Shown: one piece after another, positions 24,791 to 37,587 of the stretch | Layout of the letters: each line of letters starts with the position of its first letter | Position numbering within the stretch: the stretch's first letter is position 1 | Assembly: GCF_006345805.1 (NCBI RefSeq) | Contig: NC_043016.1 | Span: forward strand, 8,866,001 to 8,930,000 | From: Octopus sinensis | Taxonomy: Eukaryota | DNA: 64,000 bases | Reading direction: 5' to 3' | The notes under the pieces: model-generated | Told to the model about the DNA's origin: nothing | Seen by the model: only the letters and a program-made list of their open reading frames with translations | Database searches by the model: none | Made by a program: the position numbers and the translations under genes

Positions 24791-24842
24791 TGTATAGTTC
24801 AGTTTTTCAAGAATATAGACCATTATTTTCTGAACATCTTAA

Positions 24843-24903
<61 letters not shown>

Positions 24904-25384
24904 ACGTGTGTGTGTGTGTTGTCTGGGTTTGTCCCCTGCCACTGCTTGGCAACCAATGTTGGTGTATTTCTATCCCTGTAACTTAGTAGTTCAGCAAAAG
25001 AGACAGATGGAATAAGTATGCGGCTTTAAAAAAATACGTGTATATATAAGTACTGGGAGCGATTATTTGACTAATAATTCTTCACGGCAGTGCTCCAGCA
25101 TAGCCACAGTCTAATAACTGAAACAAGTAAAAGTTAGAAGATATGTTGAATGGCAAACTATAAGAAAATATGGATAAATTGTACAAAATTAGTTTCTGTT
25201 GGATTACAGTAATTTTCTATAGGTTTTCTTTTGTTTGTTTTGTCTAAACATGAGAAGCAGATATTTCTAAAACACCACTTAGTGAAAGGAAGTTCAAAAC
25301 TACAAAGGGTTGAAGACCTTGTTTTAGTGCAATGGTTCTTAATGAGGGATCTATACAGCCCTTGTGGAGTCCATATACAATTTG

Positions 25385-25702
25385 ATTGTTAAAATTTGTG
25401 CAATCACTGTGATCACCGTAACCGACCAGACTATCAGATGTTGCTACCCATTGCTGGTCACAATGCGTTCTGCATTGTTTTAGCCTTCAAATGATGCCAC
25501 CCCGCTAGCTAAGCAAGCAGGCCAACAGAAGAAAGAGTGAGAGAAAGTTGTGGCGAAAGAGTACAGCAGGGATCGCCATCACCCCCTGCCAGAGCCTCGT
25601 GGAACTTTTAGGTGTTTTCGCTCAATAAACACTCACAACACCCAGTCTGGGAATCGAAACCAAGACCCTCTGCCCTAACCACTGGGCTATTGCACTTCCA
25701 CA
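25385..25702 (-). mobile_element. tRNA-derived SINE, family D
   Basis: Head GTGCAATAGCCCAGTGGTTAGGGCAG...GTTTCGATTCCC; second copy at 33821-34125. Confidence 0.75.
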
Positions 25703-26594
25703 TTTGTGCAATAAATTGCTTAAATGTCTATAATACACAAAGTATTTTAACAATATTGTTAATACAACAAACGAGATGAGAACAAATATCCGTCGAATGT
25801 AAATAATGTAAATAATGTACATAATTCCTCATCTCTTAACTGAAGTTCATTCAAATAAAATAGGAATCAAAGGGGACAATAGGTAAAAAAATGGTTGAGA
25901 ATCACGAGATTAGAGGTTTAGAGAGAGAAGTCTGAAATAATTTAACTTCAAAATCCAGAGCAAAGAATATTGTATTTTTGGCTCCTGATAATAGACTAAA
26001 CCTGTGACCCATAGGCCACATGTGGTCCACAGATCACATGTAGTCCACAGGCCACATGTAGCCTGCAGGACTTTCTCAAGTGCATGCTTAATAAAAAAAA
26101 AAAGACTTGGAATTTCTTTAGAAGTGCAGCCCACTTGTTGGTGTGTCATGTCCCATGTGACCTGCTTCTTGAAAAAGATTTCTCATGCTTTGACTAAAAT
26201 ATGCCAAAGACAAGAAATTACTGATCTAATGCTCAGCAGTACAAAAATTCTGTCTAGATTAATGTTAGCTTTGTGGAGAGATAAAATTTTACACTGGAGG
26301 TCATTTTGGAGTCTTATGTCAGCAGAGATAGAGAGGGTATCAACCATGATATTTATCAGAGGTACTCCTGACATTATGGAAAAAAAAACAAAACAAAAAA
26401 AAATTGAATCACAGAAAATCTAATTAAATAATGTTAATGGTATACATGCAGTATAACTGTGTGGTAAAAATTATACTTCCTAATTACATTGCTCTGGGTT
26501 CAGTTCAATTGCACAGTACTTTGAGCAAGTGTCCTCTATTAGAGCCCCAGGCTGGCGAAAGCTTTGTAAGTGGAATCCTTAGGCTGTTTACCTT

Positions 26595-27065
26595 AACCCT
26601 TTCGTTACTGTATTTATTTTGAGATGCTCTGTGTTTCTTTCAATTACTTTGAACATAACAAAGAATTTAATAAAATAACTTAGTTATCGTTAAGCTTGTG
26701 TTAGGAACATAAATTATGACTAAGGTTTGGTGGAAGATTTTAATTCAAAGCTCATGGAAACAAGACATTTATACTCAGAGCCAGTTTCAGCCAGGTTAGT
26801 ATCAAATGGATTAAAATTGTTTCTCTATTATATATTTTAACCCTTTCGTTACCGTATTTATTTTGAGATGCTCTGTGTTTCTTTCAATTAATTTAAAATA
26901 TAACAAAGAATTTAGTAAAATAACTTAGTTATCATTCAGCTAGTTTTAGGAACATTAATTGTGACAAAGGTTTGGTGGAAGATTTTAATTCAAAACTTAT
27001 AGAAACAAGACATTTGCACTCAGAGCCAGAGCCGGTTACAGCCGGGTTGGTAATGAAAGGGTTAA
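26595..27065. mobile_element. Two adjacent piggyBac-like MITEs (TTAA-CCCTTTCGTTAC...GTAATGAAAGGG-TTAA)
   Basis: Copies at ~26595-26815 and 26837-27065; CCC/GGG termini with TTAA flanks; partial copy at ~43798-43925. Confidence 0.7.
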
Positions 27066-27214
27066 TGGTTGAGTACTTAGTCAGTATCTTAGGGGTATGT
27101 GCTTGACTCCTGTGGCTGATGACTGGCAACTTTTTCCTGTCTAATAATGGCAAAATACCCAATTTTATTGCTGTTTTCACAGCCATAATGGGCACTCCAT
27201 CAGTTATGATGATG

Positions 27215-27750
27215 AGGTTTTAGTTGATCTGATCAATGGAACTGCCTGTTCATGAAATTAATATGCAAGTGGCTGAGCACACCTCAGACACACATACCTA
27301 TTTCTTTACTACCCACAAGGGGCTAAACACAGAGGGGACAAACAAGGACAGACAAACGGATTAAGCCAATTACATCGACCCCAGTGCATAACTGGTACTT
27401 AATTTATCGACCCTGAAAGGATGAAAAGCAAAGTCGACCTTGGCGGAATTTGAACTCGGAACGTAATGGCAGATGAAATACCGCTATGCATTTCGCCCGG
27501 CATGCTAACGTTTCCGGTAGCTCGCAGAATACCTTTAAGGTAGTTCTCAGAGAGATTCAGTGTGACACAGAATATGACAAGACTGGTCTCTTTGGATTAC
27601 AGGTACAACTCATTTTTGCCAGCTGAGTGGACTGGAGCAATGTGAAATAAAGTGTCTTGCTCAAGGATACAAACTGCCACCAGGAATCGAACTCATGACC
27701 TGCGATTGTGAGCTGAATATCCCAACCACTAAGCCGGCTATACTGCATTC
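27215..27750 (-). mobile_element. CORE-type SINE family C with nested family A SINE (~27298-27527)
   Basis: Head ..GGCTTAGTGGTT..GAGTTCGATTCC and CCTTGAGCAAGACACTTT; nested copy flanked by ATACCT. Related head at 32690-33025. Confidence 0.75.
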
Positions 27751-27794
27751 AAAATTTACTTTCTTGTCTGTAATATATATATATATATTATATA

Positions 27795-28073
27795 ATCATC
27801 ATCATCATCATTTAGCGTCCGTTTTCCATGCTAGCATGGGTTGGACGGTTCTACTGGGGTCTGTGAAGCCAGAAGGCTTCATCAGGCCCAGTCAAATCTG
27901 GCAGTGTTTCTACGGCTGGATGCCCTTCCTAACGCCAACCACTCCGTGAGTGTAGTGGGTGCTTTTTACGTGCCACCCCCACTGGTGCCAGACAGAGCTG
28001 GCAAACGGCCACGACGGATGGTGCTTTTTATGTGCCACCGGCACGAGGGCCAGGCGAGGCTGGCAACGGACAC

Positions 28074-28075
<2 letters not shown>
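27795..28075 (-). mobile_element. RTE 3'-end fragment with (GAT)n tail
   Basis: Reverse complement of 16620-17049-type sequence; similar fragments at 28610-29095, 52930-53085, 60960-61250 and 63090-63360. Confidence 0.8.
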
Positions 28076-28117
<42 letters not shown>

Positions 28118-29342
28118 GTGCGCACACACGTATGTGTGTGTGTAAAGCACCAGGCTTTAAAAGAAAATAGGTATCGGGATGGGGGTGGGGTTATTTGTTC
28201 AGCTACAACTTTCAAGGCAGTGCCCCCAGCATGGCTGCAGTCCAATGTCTCAAATAAATAAATGATGAAAGACAGAACATGGTATAAATATATATGTATG
28301 TGTGAGTGTGTATGTGTTTGTGTGAATGTAACAGTAAGGTGTCTAATACTTGCATCAGTGGAAACGGTCTTCCATATCCAGTGAGTCTTCCATATCCAGT
28401 AAGTTTTGCAATATTTGGCACAACACCTTTTGTTTCTTATCTATTACTTGTTTCAGTCAGTGGACTGTGGCAATGCTGGGAGACTGTCTTGAAGGATTTA
28501 AAAGCTCCAACATCTGGCAACTGATTTGGTAGACACCCACAAGATCATCCACCATCTTTCCAACAACAACCTTGGGCACCTTTTTGAATTCCATACATCA
28601 AACACTCATCATCATCATCATCATCATTTAACATCCGCTTTCCATGCTAGCATGAGTTGGACGATTTGACTGAGGACTGGTGAACCAAACTCCAATCTGA
28701 TCTGGCAGAATTTCTACAGTTGGATGCCCTTCCTAACGCCAACCACTGAGAGTGTAGTGGGGGCTTTTATGTGCCACCCGCACGAGGGCCAGTTTGGTGG
28801 AACTGGCAACGGTCACGCCCAAGTGGTGCTTTTTATGTACCACCTGCACAGGAGCCAGTCCAGTGGCACTGGCGACGACCTCGCTCAATATTTCACATGC
28901 CACCAGCACGAGTGCTAGTTAGGCAATGCGGTAACGATCACGCTCGAATGGTGTGTTTAATGTGCCATCGGCACAAAGGCCAGCTTGTTGCTCTGGCAAC
29001 GATCTCACTCGTATGGTACTCTTAGCGCTCCACTAGCAACGGATGCCAGTCACCGAGTTTGATTTCGACTTCGATTTCGATTTCAACTCATGGGAACTAA
29101 AAAGGTTGACAATGGGGAGGGCATCTAATCATAATACACTACATCAGAAAGTCTCACCCGGCTCATGCTAACAAAATCAAAAAACAACACAACACCCATG
29201 ACTTTCAGAAACATATTTTCGCACTTAGAATTGCTGAAGCATGGAATAAACAACTCACATCAGTTGTTAGTTGTCGAGACACTACATCCTTCAAAACTTC
29301 CATGCTTCCTGAAATTTACCAACAGTAAACCTGATGCTCCAC

Positions 29343-29759
29343 CGGATCTTTTCGGTTTGAACGGCAGTTTTTTAAAATAATTTCCACGTAATTAAACACT
29401 TTTAAACTTCGTATACTGGTAGAATGTGTTTATAAAACATCTTTTTCTCTTGGCTTTATTGAGAAAATTCAATAGTTTGTAAGATATTTGTTGTTTTTTT
29501 TTTCTTCAATTTCTGCAATTTCAACCAATCAATGACGTCTATTTTAGGTGAAAACATTCTGTGCCGTATGAATATGTCCCTCGTTTAAGAAACAGATTGG
29601 GTTTATATACATTTGTGAAGAAAAAAAGATACCCTTCCCCCCACCCCTAACCCTAATCCAGATTGAAATGCAATAGATCGATACTAGGGTCATAATTATG
29701 GGTGACAATTTCATATGACGCCGCTAGAAAAAAACTGCCATTCAAACTGAAAAGATCCG
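29343..29759. mobile_element. MITE with ~30-bp terminal inverted repeats
   Basis: CGGATCTTTTCGGTTTGAACGGCAGTTTTT ... AAAAACTGCCATTCAAACTGAAAAGATCCG. Confidence 0.7.
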
Positions 29760-30476
29760 CCCCACCTTTATGTTTCTTCTTTTTTTAAAGACTCATTCAC
29801 TGTTCACCTTCCATGCATCTTCTATCTCCTGTTCATGCAGTTTTGCTTACTTTCTCTGATGAGTTGTAGTGCACCTGAGCACTGTATGCAACAAGTTCAT
29901 TATTATAAACTGACCCCAGTACTCATTTTTTAAATGCTCACTATTTATTCTATAGATCTCTTTCATCAAGCCACTAAGATAAAGGGATATAAACAAACCA
30001 ATGCTGGTTGTCCAGCAGTGGTAGCAGACAAACACAGTCACAAAAACGCACTCACGCACACATATTCATATATATATAATGGGCTTCTTTCGGTTCTCAT
30101 CTACTAAATCTTTTCTCCAGGCTATAGTCAGCCCAGGGTTACCGTAGAAGACATCTACGTAAGGTGCTATACAACGGGATTGAATCCCAAAATGTATGAC
30201 CAGGAAGCATTTCACAAAAGGCCTGGTCTTGGTCATCCATGTCATTGATCCAGGAATATTTGGTTTGACTCTTGGCCTCAGATCAGTCTTGATTTAGTAG
30301 ACTTGTGAACAAACCCCACCCTTACTAATGTATAACAAACTTTCCAACCCTATTACACAAGATGGTAAGTCATAACCACCACCATCATGATCTCAATCAT
30401 CATTATCACTGCTGTCGTCGTCCTCATTGATGTCAATGTCATTGTCATCATCACCATCATCACTATCATCAACCAC

Positions 30477-30525
<49 letters not shown>

Positions 30526-30544
30526 TTCATCCTTTAATATTCTT

Positions 30545-30922
30545 TTATTCTTTTATTTGTTTTAGACATTTGACTGCAGCCATGCTGGAGCACAACCTTT
30601 AGTTAAACAAATCAATTCCAGGACTTATTCTTTGTAAGCCTAGTACTTATTCTATCGGAGTCTTTTGCCGAACCGCTAGATTACAGGAATGTAAACACAC
30701 CAGCATCGGTTGTCAAGCAATGTTGGGGGACAAACACAGACACACAAAAACACACACACACATCTATGATGGGCTTCTTTCAGTTTCCATCTACCAAACT
30801 CACTCACAAACCTTTAGTTGGTCCAAGGCAAATATAGAATATACCCAAGTTGCCATGCTGTGGGACTGAACCTAGAACCATGCGGTTGTTAAGCAAGCTA
30901 CTTACCACACATCCACTCCTGT
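30545..30922 (-). mobile_element. CORE-type SINE family B
   Basis: Diverged full copy. Confidence 0.8.
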
Positions 30923-33022
30923 GTTGAGTTTTTTTTTTCCATGCTGGAATGAGCTGGGTAAGACTTTCTGATGTAGTGTATTATGATTGGATGCCCTCCC
31001 TATTGCCAACCCTTTTAGCTCCCTGTACATTAGACTGAGTTTTTAAAAATTTATTTTATTGCTTTTAGAGGGATCAAAACATTGGAAGAATGGAAAGCAA
31101 GGTTGCCCTCATGCAGGATTTGAACTCAGAATGCAGGAAGCCATGACTTTTCCCTCCTAAGGAAGTACAAGCACTTTGACATATCCATATACGCATAACA
31201 GTCTTTAGTTTCCACCTACTAAATTCGCGCACAAGACTTTGTGAGTCGACTTAGTGGCTCTCCTGAAGTAATATTTGAAGACATTTGCTTTAGGTACTCT
31301 GTAGTGGGACTGAACCTGAAACCATGTGGTTTAAGGAGCAAACATCTTACTCACACAGCCGTGTCTTTGCTTTATAAATGTCACAAAGAATTCATCTGAT
31401 TTTCTAATACTGCTACCAATGATACAGCCCTCTAGCTTGTCTGTTCTTGCCAGACCATCCAACCCGTGCTGGCATGGAAAAAAGGGACATTAAATGATAA
31501 CAGTGATGATGATGATGATGATGATGATGATGACAATGATGATGATGACGATGACGATGACAATGATGATGGTTGTGGTGGTGGTGGTGATGAGGATGAT
31601 GATGATGATGAATAGATTCTTTAAGTTAACGTTGCATCTTCCACATGGCAATATTAAAAATAAACAACAAAAAAAATCATTCTGGAACTGTAACTTAGAA
31701 TGTTACTTTGATTACATATTTCAAATAACAGTTTCTTTCCCCTCTTTCTTTTCTTCTTTCTTCATTTCTTATTGATTGCATTTTATTTATCTATTTGTTT
31801 GTTTGTTTGTTTGTTTCTTTGTTTATTTTAGTCTCCAATTTAAAAATTTTTTTAATATTATCTTTTTACCAGTTTGGTTTCAGTTTGGTAGTATCTTATT
31901 TTGAAAATTTACCTTTGTACTTTAAGGAGAATGTCAAATAAAACAAAATTGCTCCAAAAGAAAATTGGAGAGTTAAAACAATATAAATAAATAAATAGGC
32001 AAATAAATAAATGAATAAAAACAAAATAAATAAAACCAAAAAAATAATTCATTGAAGAATTCTATATATGGAAAATAGTTTTGATTCTTCTGTTATTGTT
32101 GTAGTTGTTGTCATCGCTGTTGCTGCTGTTGTTGTTGTTTGTTACTGTTTGTCAATTTTATTTTCTGTCAAACTATCTTTTTTTTTTGGTTCATTTGTTA
32201 TTGTTCGTTTGATGATAAACATATAAAAGTATTTTGATAATGAAAATAACTAACATCTGCTACATTACATCAGTGACTTTTGAAAAAAAAAACATGAAAT
32301 TGGATTAAAGAGAGGGAAAAAGGAAAAGGAAAATTGACGATTGAATTTTGTTTTGAATTACCTATAGTTCTTGGGAATGTTGTTGTTATTCATGTTGTTG
32401 TTTAGTCTCAAGTTAGAATTGACTGAGCACATCTATAACCGGTTTCAGTCATGAACATCTTATTTTTTAAAATATTTTCTTTTGCTGGTTTCAGTCATTG
32501 GACTGCAGCCATACTGGGGTACAAACTTGAATGGTTTAGTTAAACAAATCAATCTCAGCATTTATTTATGTCTGGCATTAATTCCATTGGCCACTGCTAA
32601 GTTACTGAAATAAAACATAAACAAACAAACACTAGTCGTCAAATAGTGATGGGGACAAACAGGCACAATTTCACAAAAACACACACATGTACAGACGCAT
32701 GGATCAGTGGTTAGAGCGTTGAGCTTACAATCATGAGGTTGTGAGTTCAAATCCCAGATCGAGTTGCGTATTGTGTTCTTGAGCAAGACACTTTATTTCA
32801 TGTTCCTCCAGTTCACTCAGCTGTAGAAATGAGTTGCAACGTTACTGGTGCCAAGCTGTATCTGCTGTTGCCTTTCCTTTGGATAACATCAGTGGTGCAG
32901 AGAGGAAAAGTTGGTATGCATGGCCGACTGCTGGTCTTCCATAAACAACCTTGCCTGGACTTGTGCCTGGGAGGGTAAATTTCTAGGTGCAATCCCATGG
33001 TCAGTCATGACCGAAGGGGTCT

Positions 33023-33060
<38 letters not shown>

Positions 33061-33298
33061 GAAGAATAAGAAAATGGAGATGGTTAATAAGAGTTTATTA
33101 TCAACAAAAATTAATCATTATCTCTTCCAGCTGTTTCATTTAAGCACAGTGAAATAAAAAATATTAAAATCATATTTCTGAACTTAATCTCATCAGAGTG
33201 GGAAAGCATTTACCCTTGAAAATATTAGGTATTGAACCAGTATTTCTTGGATGATACCATCCATTTTATGAGGCTATTACAGCCTCTATTTGAATTTC

Positions 33299-33346
<48 letters not shown>

Positions 33347-33494
33347 AATGGATGAATGAATTATCCTTTGTTTACCGTTAACATGGAAAATTCAATAAAC
33401 AGTTACCAGGGTAGCAAAATTCACGCAAATAACACGGATGAAGCGATCTATTCAAAGGTAGAAACTCCGGGTTAATGTGCAGTAATTTGTGTAG

Positions 33495-33806
33495 TATAAG
33501 TAAATAAATGGAGTTGAACGAAGATGTTATAAAAATTCTTTTACTTTCGACATATGTTTCGAAGACAATATGGTTTTATTCCAAAGGAATAAACGGTGTA
33601 AAATGCAATCTTCTCATCAGGAAAGAAAGAGAACCTTATCTCAACGAGACATTATAACAATTACAATGACTGCCTAAATGATAAACAGAATGTTATTAAA
33701 TACACCATTTATTCCTTTGGAATAAAACCATGTTGTCTTCGAAACATATGTCAAAAGTAAAAGAATTTTAATAACATCTTCGTTCAACTCCATTTATTTA
33801 CTTATA
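33495..33806. mobile_element. Fold-back PLE pseudo-LTR remnant (106-bp inverted arms, 100-bp spacer)
   Basis: 33495-33600 is the reverse complement of 33701-33806; homologous to 20370-20570. Confidence 0.85.
33544..33625 (-). ncRNA. Canonical type I hammerhead ribozyme
   Basis: CTTTC-CTGATGA-GAAGAT...GTCTTC-GAAA-CATAT-GTC-GAAAG; stem I is 5/5 Watson-Crick. Confidence 0.8.
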
Positions 33807-34123
33807 TGTATATATATATATCACTGTCACCGTGACCGACCAGGCTATCAGATGTGGCTACACATTGCTGGTCACAATGTGCTTCACATTGTTTTAGCCT
33901 TCAAATGACACCACCCCACTGGCTAAGCGAGAAGGCCAACAGAAGAAAGAGTGAGAGAAAGTTGTGGCAAAAGGGTACAGCAGGGTTCCCCATCACACCC
34001 TGCCAGAGCCTCATGGAGCTTTAGGTGTTTTTGCTCAATAAACACTCACAATCAAAACTGGGAATCGAAACTGTGATCCTATGACCGTGAGTCCACTGCC
34101 CTAACCACTGGGCCATTGTGCCT

Positions 34124-34157
<34 letters not shown>

Positions 34158-34341
34158 ATAAAATAGGGTAAAACTCAATTAATTTCACCAAGTGGGTGGG
34201 AAGGGGTTGCTGACACGAACTTTCATTCACACTTTCAATTTAGTGATACTGGTAACGGTTTTAGCTCGCTCTGATACCGAGTTGAGATGATGCCTTCTAG
34301 TATCTCGAAATTTAATATACAATTATTCATAATTGTAGTGT

Positions 34342-34432
34342 CCTACGCTGATGAGAGAAGAAGTTGGGTAAGACATAATTATCTAATTCTTATGCTTTCC
34401 TAAAACTTAATCTCGAAACGTACGTCCGTAGG
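34342..34432 (+). ncRNA. Canonical type I hammerhead ribozyme, copy 1
   Basis: CCTACG-CTGATGA-GAGA...TCTC-GAAA-CGTAC-GTC-CGTAGG; 6-bp stem I, palindromic ACGTACGT stem III, predicted cleavage after 34426. Confidence 0.88.
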
Positions 34433-34925
34433 TGACTTAAAATTATATGATAGATTGCTGTCATTTCTTTCTCTCTTGCCTGTTTGTGTTTGCCTTTCAA
34501 GTGCTGTGGTTTTACTGAGATCTCCCTTTTAGTAGAAAGAATAGCTATAACTCTTTGACTGCTATTTCTAAATTCGGTGTGTGGTGAGGCAAATCGTTGC
34601 TAAACCCTTAATTACTTAGTATTACTTAAACTTTCCTCGAACGAGGCTTTTACATGCCGAAATCTACTTGGTGAAATTAATTGATTATTCCAAATTAATT
34701 AGTTTTACCCTATTTTATTACTGATAGCCATATTTCATCCCAGTAAATGACCGCAACATCTTGTCTTGGCTACACGCGGGTGGGAAGGGGTTGCTGACAT
34801 GAACTTTCATTCACACTTTGAATTTAGTGATACTGGTAACAGTTTTAGCTCGCTCTGATACCAAGTTGAGATGATGCCTTCTAGTATCTCGAAATTTAAT
34901 ATACAATTATTCATAATTGTAGTGT

Positions 34926-35016
34926 CCTACGCTGATGAGAGAAGAAGTTGGGTAAGACATAATTATCTAATTCTTATGCTTTCCTAAAACTTAATCTCGA
35001 AACGTACGTCCGTAGG
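34926..35016 (+). ncRNA. Canonical type I hammerhead ribozyme, copy 2
   Basis: Same sequence as copy 1; predicted cleavage after 35010, 584 nt downstream. Confidence 0.88.
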
Positions 35017-35208
35017 TGACTTGACTTAAAATTGTATGATAGATTGCTGTCATTTCTTTCTCTCTTGCCTGTTTGTGTTTGCCTTTCAAGTGCTGTGGTT
35101 TTACTGAGATCTCCCTTTTAGTAGAAAGAATAGCGATAACTCTTTGACTGCTATTTCTAAATTCGGTGTGTGGTGAGGCAAATCGTTGCTAAACCCTTAA
35201 TTACTTAG

Positions 35209-35285
<77 letters not shown>

Positions 35286-35469
35286 TAGTATATATATATA
35301 TAGTGTAAACAGACTTAGCGGTTATAATAACCAAGGGATAAAATATCCGTATATACTATCGGTATCCGTTACCCTGTTATCCCCAGGAGTTGATGTGCAG
35401 GCACACTATGCATTTAGAGTGCAGGTAACAACAGGATAAAGAGAGTTTATCAGAAAGCAAAATACAAAT

Positions 35470-35638
35470 AATCAGAAAATGGAGAAAACCTTACGTTGAC
35501 AATCGCATTGATTGGGCAACATTTGTAGCTTATTTCTAATACAAAGCGTGATATAACATGCTTTGCATTAAAAATTAAGCTATAAACGTGATCCAATTGA
35601 TGTGTTTGTTAATGTGAGGCTTTCTCCATTTTCTGATT
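35470..35638. repeat. ~169-bp imperfect palindrome (MITE-like)
   Basis: ATCAGAAAATGGAGAAA... pairs with ...TTTCTCCATTTTCTGAT all the way to a 6-nt loop. Confidence 0.85.
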
Positions 35639-35658
35639 TTCTATCTATCCATCTATCT

Positions 35659-36073
35659 ATCTCTTTTTACTCTTTTTACTTGTTTCAGTCATTTGACTGC
35701 GGCCATGCTGGAGCACCGCCTTTAGTCGAGCAAATCGACCCCGGGACTTATTCTTTGTAAGCCAAGTACTTATTCTATCGGTCTCTTTTGCCGAACCGCT
35801 AAGTAACGGGGACGTAAACACACCAGCATCGGTTGTCAAGCAATGCTAGGGGAACAAACACAGACACACAAACACACACATGCATATATATATATATATA
35901 TACATATATACGACGGGCTTCTTTCAGTTTCCGTCTACCAAATCCACTCACAAGGCATTGGTCGGCCCGGGGCTATAGCAGAAGACACATGCCCAAGATG
36001 CCACGCAGTGGGACTGAACCCGGAACCATGTGGTTGGTTTGCAAGCTACTTACCAAACAGCCACTCCTGCGCC
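35659..36073 (-). mobile_element. CORE-type SINE family B
   Basis: Near-consensus copy. Confidence 0.88.
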
Positions 36074-36279
36074 TATCTTTTTATTTTTATTTAAAAAAAT
36101 TTTTTATTTTATTTTTTTTTGTTCTTTTCTTCCCTTTTATGATCCCTCTTGATCGAAAACCTACGCCACCCACCTTTTTTTTTGTTTCTTTTGTTTTTTG
36201 TTTTTTTCATCCCCCAAAAGAAAAGCTCTACCTTGTAACTTGTCCCATCTGTATGCAGCCCTGTGTGGTAAATAAAGAA

Positions 36280-36281
36280 AC

Positions 36282-36318
<37 letters not shown>

Positions 36319-36353
36319 CATCCATCCATCCATCCACCCATCCATCTATCTAT

Positions 36354-36397
<44 letters not shown>

Positions 36398-36635
36398 TTA
36401 AAAAAAATTTTTTTTTTCCTCTCCCCCTTTTTTTAACCCCCCTTTTTTTTGTCCTCTTTCTCTCCTTTTACGATCCCTTTTGATCGAAACTCCCCCCTCC
36501 TTTTTTTTTTTTTTTTTAACCTTCAAAAGAAAAGCTCTACCTTGTATTTTGTTCTATCTGTGTGCAGCCCTGTGTGGCTAATAAAGAAACATATCTATCT
36601 ATCTGTCTGTCTGTCTATCTATCAATCTATTTAAA

Positions 36636-36709
<74 letters not shown>

Positions 36710-36752
36710 ACTATCCATCCATCCATCTATCCATCCATCCATCCATCCCTCC

Positions 36753-36822
<70 letters not shown>

Positions 36823-36823
36823 G

Positions 36824-36887
<64 letters not shown>

Positions 36888-36986
36888 AATCAATCTATCT
36901 ATCGATCTATCTATCAATCAATCTATCTATCGATCTAACTATCAATCCATCTATCTATCTATCTATCTATCTATCTATATCTATAG

Positions 36987-37050
<64 letters not shown>

Positions 37051-37150
37051 GATAGATAGTTTTAGATAGATAGATAGATAGATAGATATAGATAATAGAT
37101 AGATATATAGATAGATAGATAGATAGCTAGATAGATAGATAGATATAGAT
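36280..37150. repeat. (TCTA)n/(TCCA)n/(GATA)n microsatellite blocks
   Basis: Direct reading. Confidence 0.9.
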
Positions 37151-37293
37151 ATAAACTGTACCAGTTTTGTGTGTCCCACAAGAGAAGTTGATGCTAGATA
37201 TGTTAAACATTGTGATTAACATTATATTCTAGTATATTCCATCTTCTGTCTTTCATTTGTTATCTCTCCCTCTCTCTCTCTATATATATATAA

Positions 37294-37326
<33 letters not shown>

Positions 37327-37514
37327 AGATATAAGTATGGTGATGCAAATAAGAAAAGTTGAACTCAAATCATGACCATAGGTATATATTTTTTATTACT
37401 ATTTTCTGAAGTGGCAGAGTGACTCAAGGGACCAAGAGTTTTGAGCATTAGTATTTATCAAACTCTTTGATAAGTGCTAACACACAAAATATACACACAT
37501 ACACTCACACACAC

Positions 37515-37587
<73 letters not shown>

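Larger units (their letters stand above)
34154..35210 (+). mobile_element. Non-coding tandem 584-bp hammerhead-bearing element (1.75 copies plus a short inverted 5' piece) within (TA)n
   Basis: 34194-34777 repeats at 34778-35210; 34154-34193 is an inverted, deleted copy of 34666-34722. Confidence 0.85.

Noticed and set aside
8423-26367. Phase-compatible three-exon minus-strand gene model (26367-26222, 19488-19323, 8562-8423)
   Set aside because: The middle exon has a poor AAG acceptor and lies in the probable 3' UTR of a plus-strand HERO-like remnant, and the peptide is unrecognisable, so the chain is probably chance.
32368-32399. Minus-strand ATG exon MNNNNIPKNY with a GTAATT donor
   Set aside because: Low-complexity (AAC)n origin; joining it to the 29308 acceptor gives an early stop.
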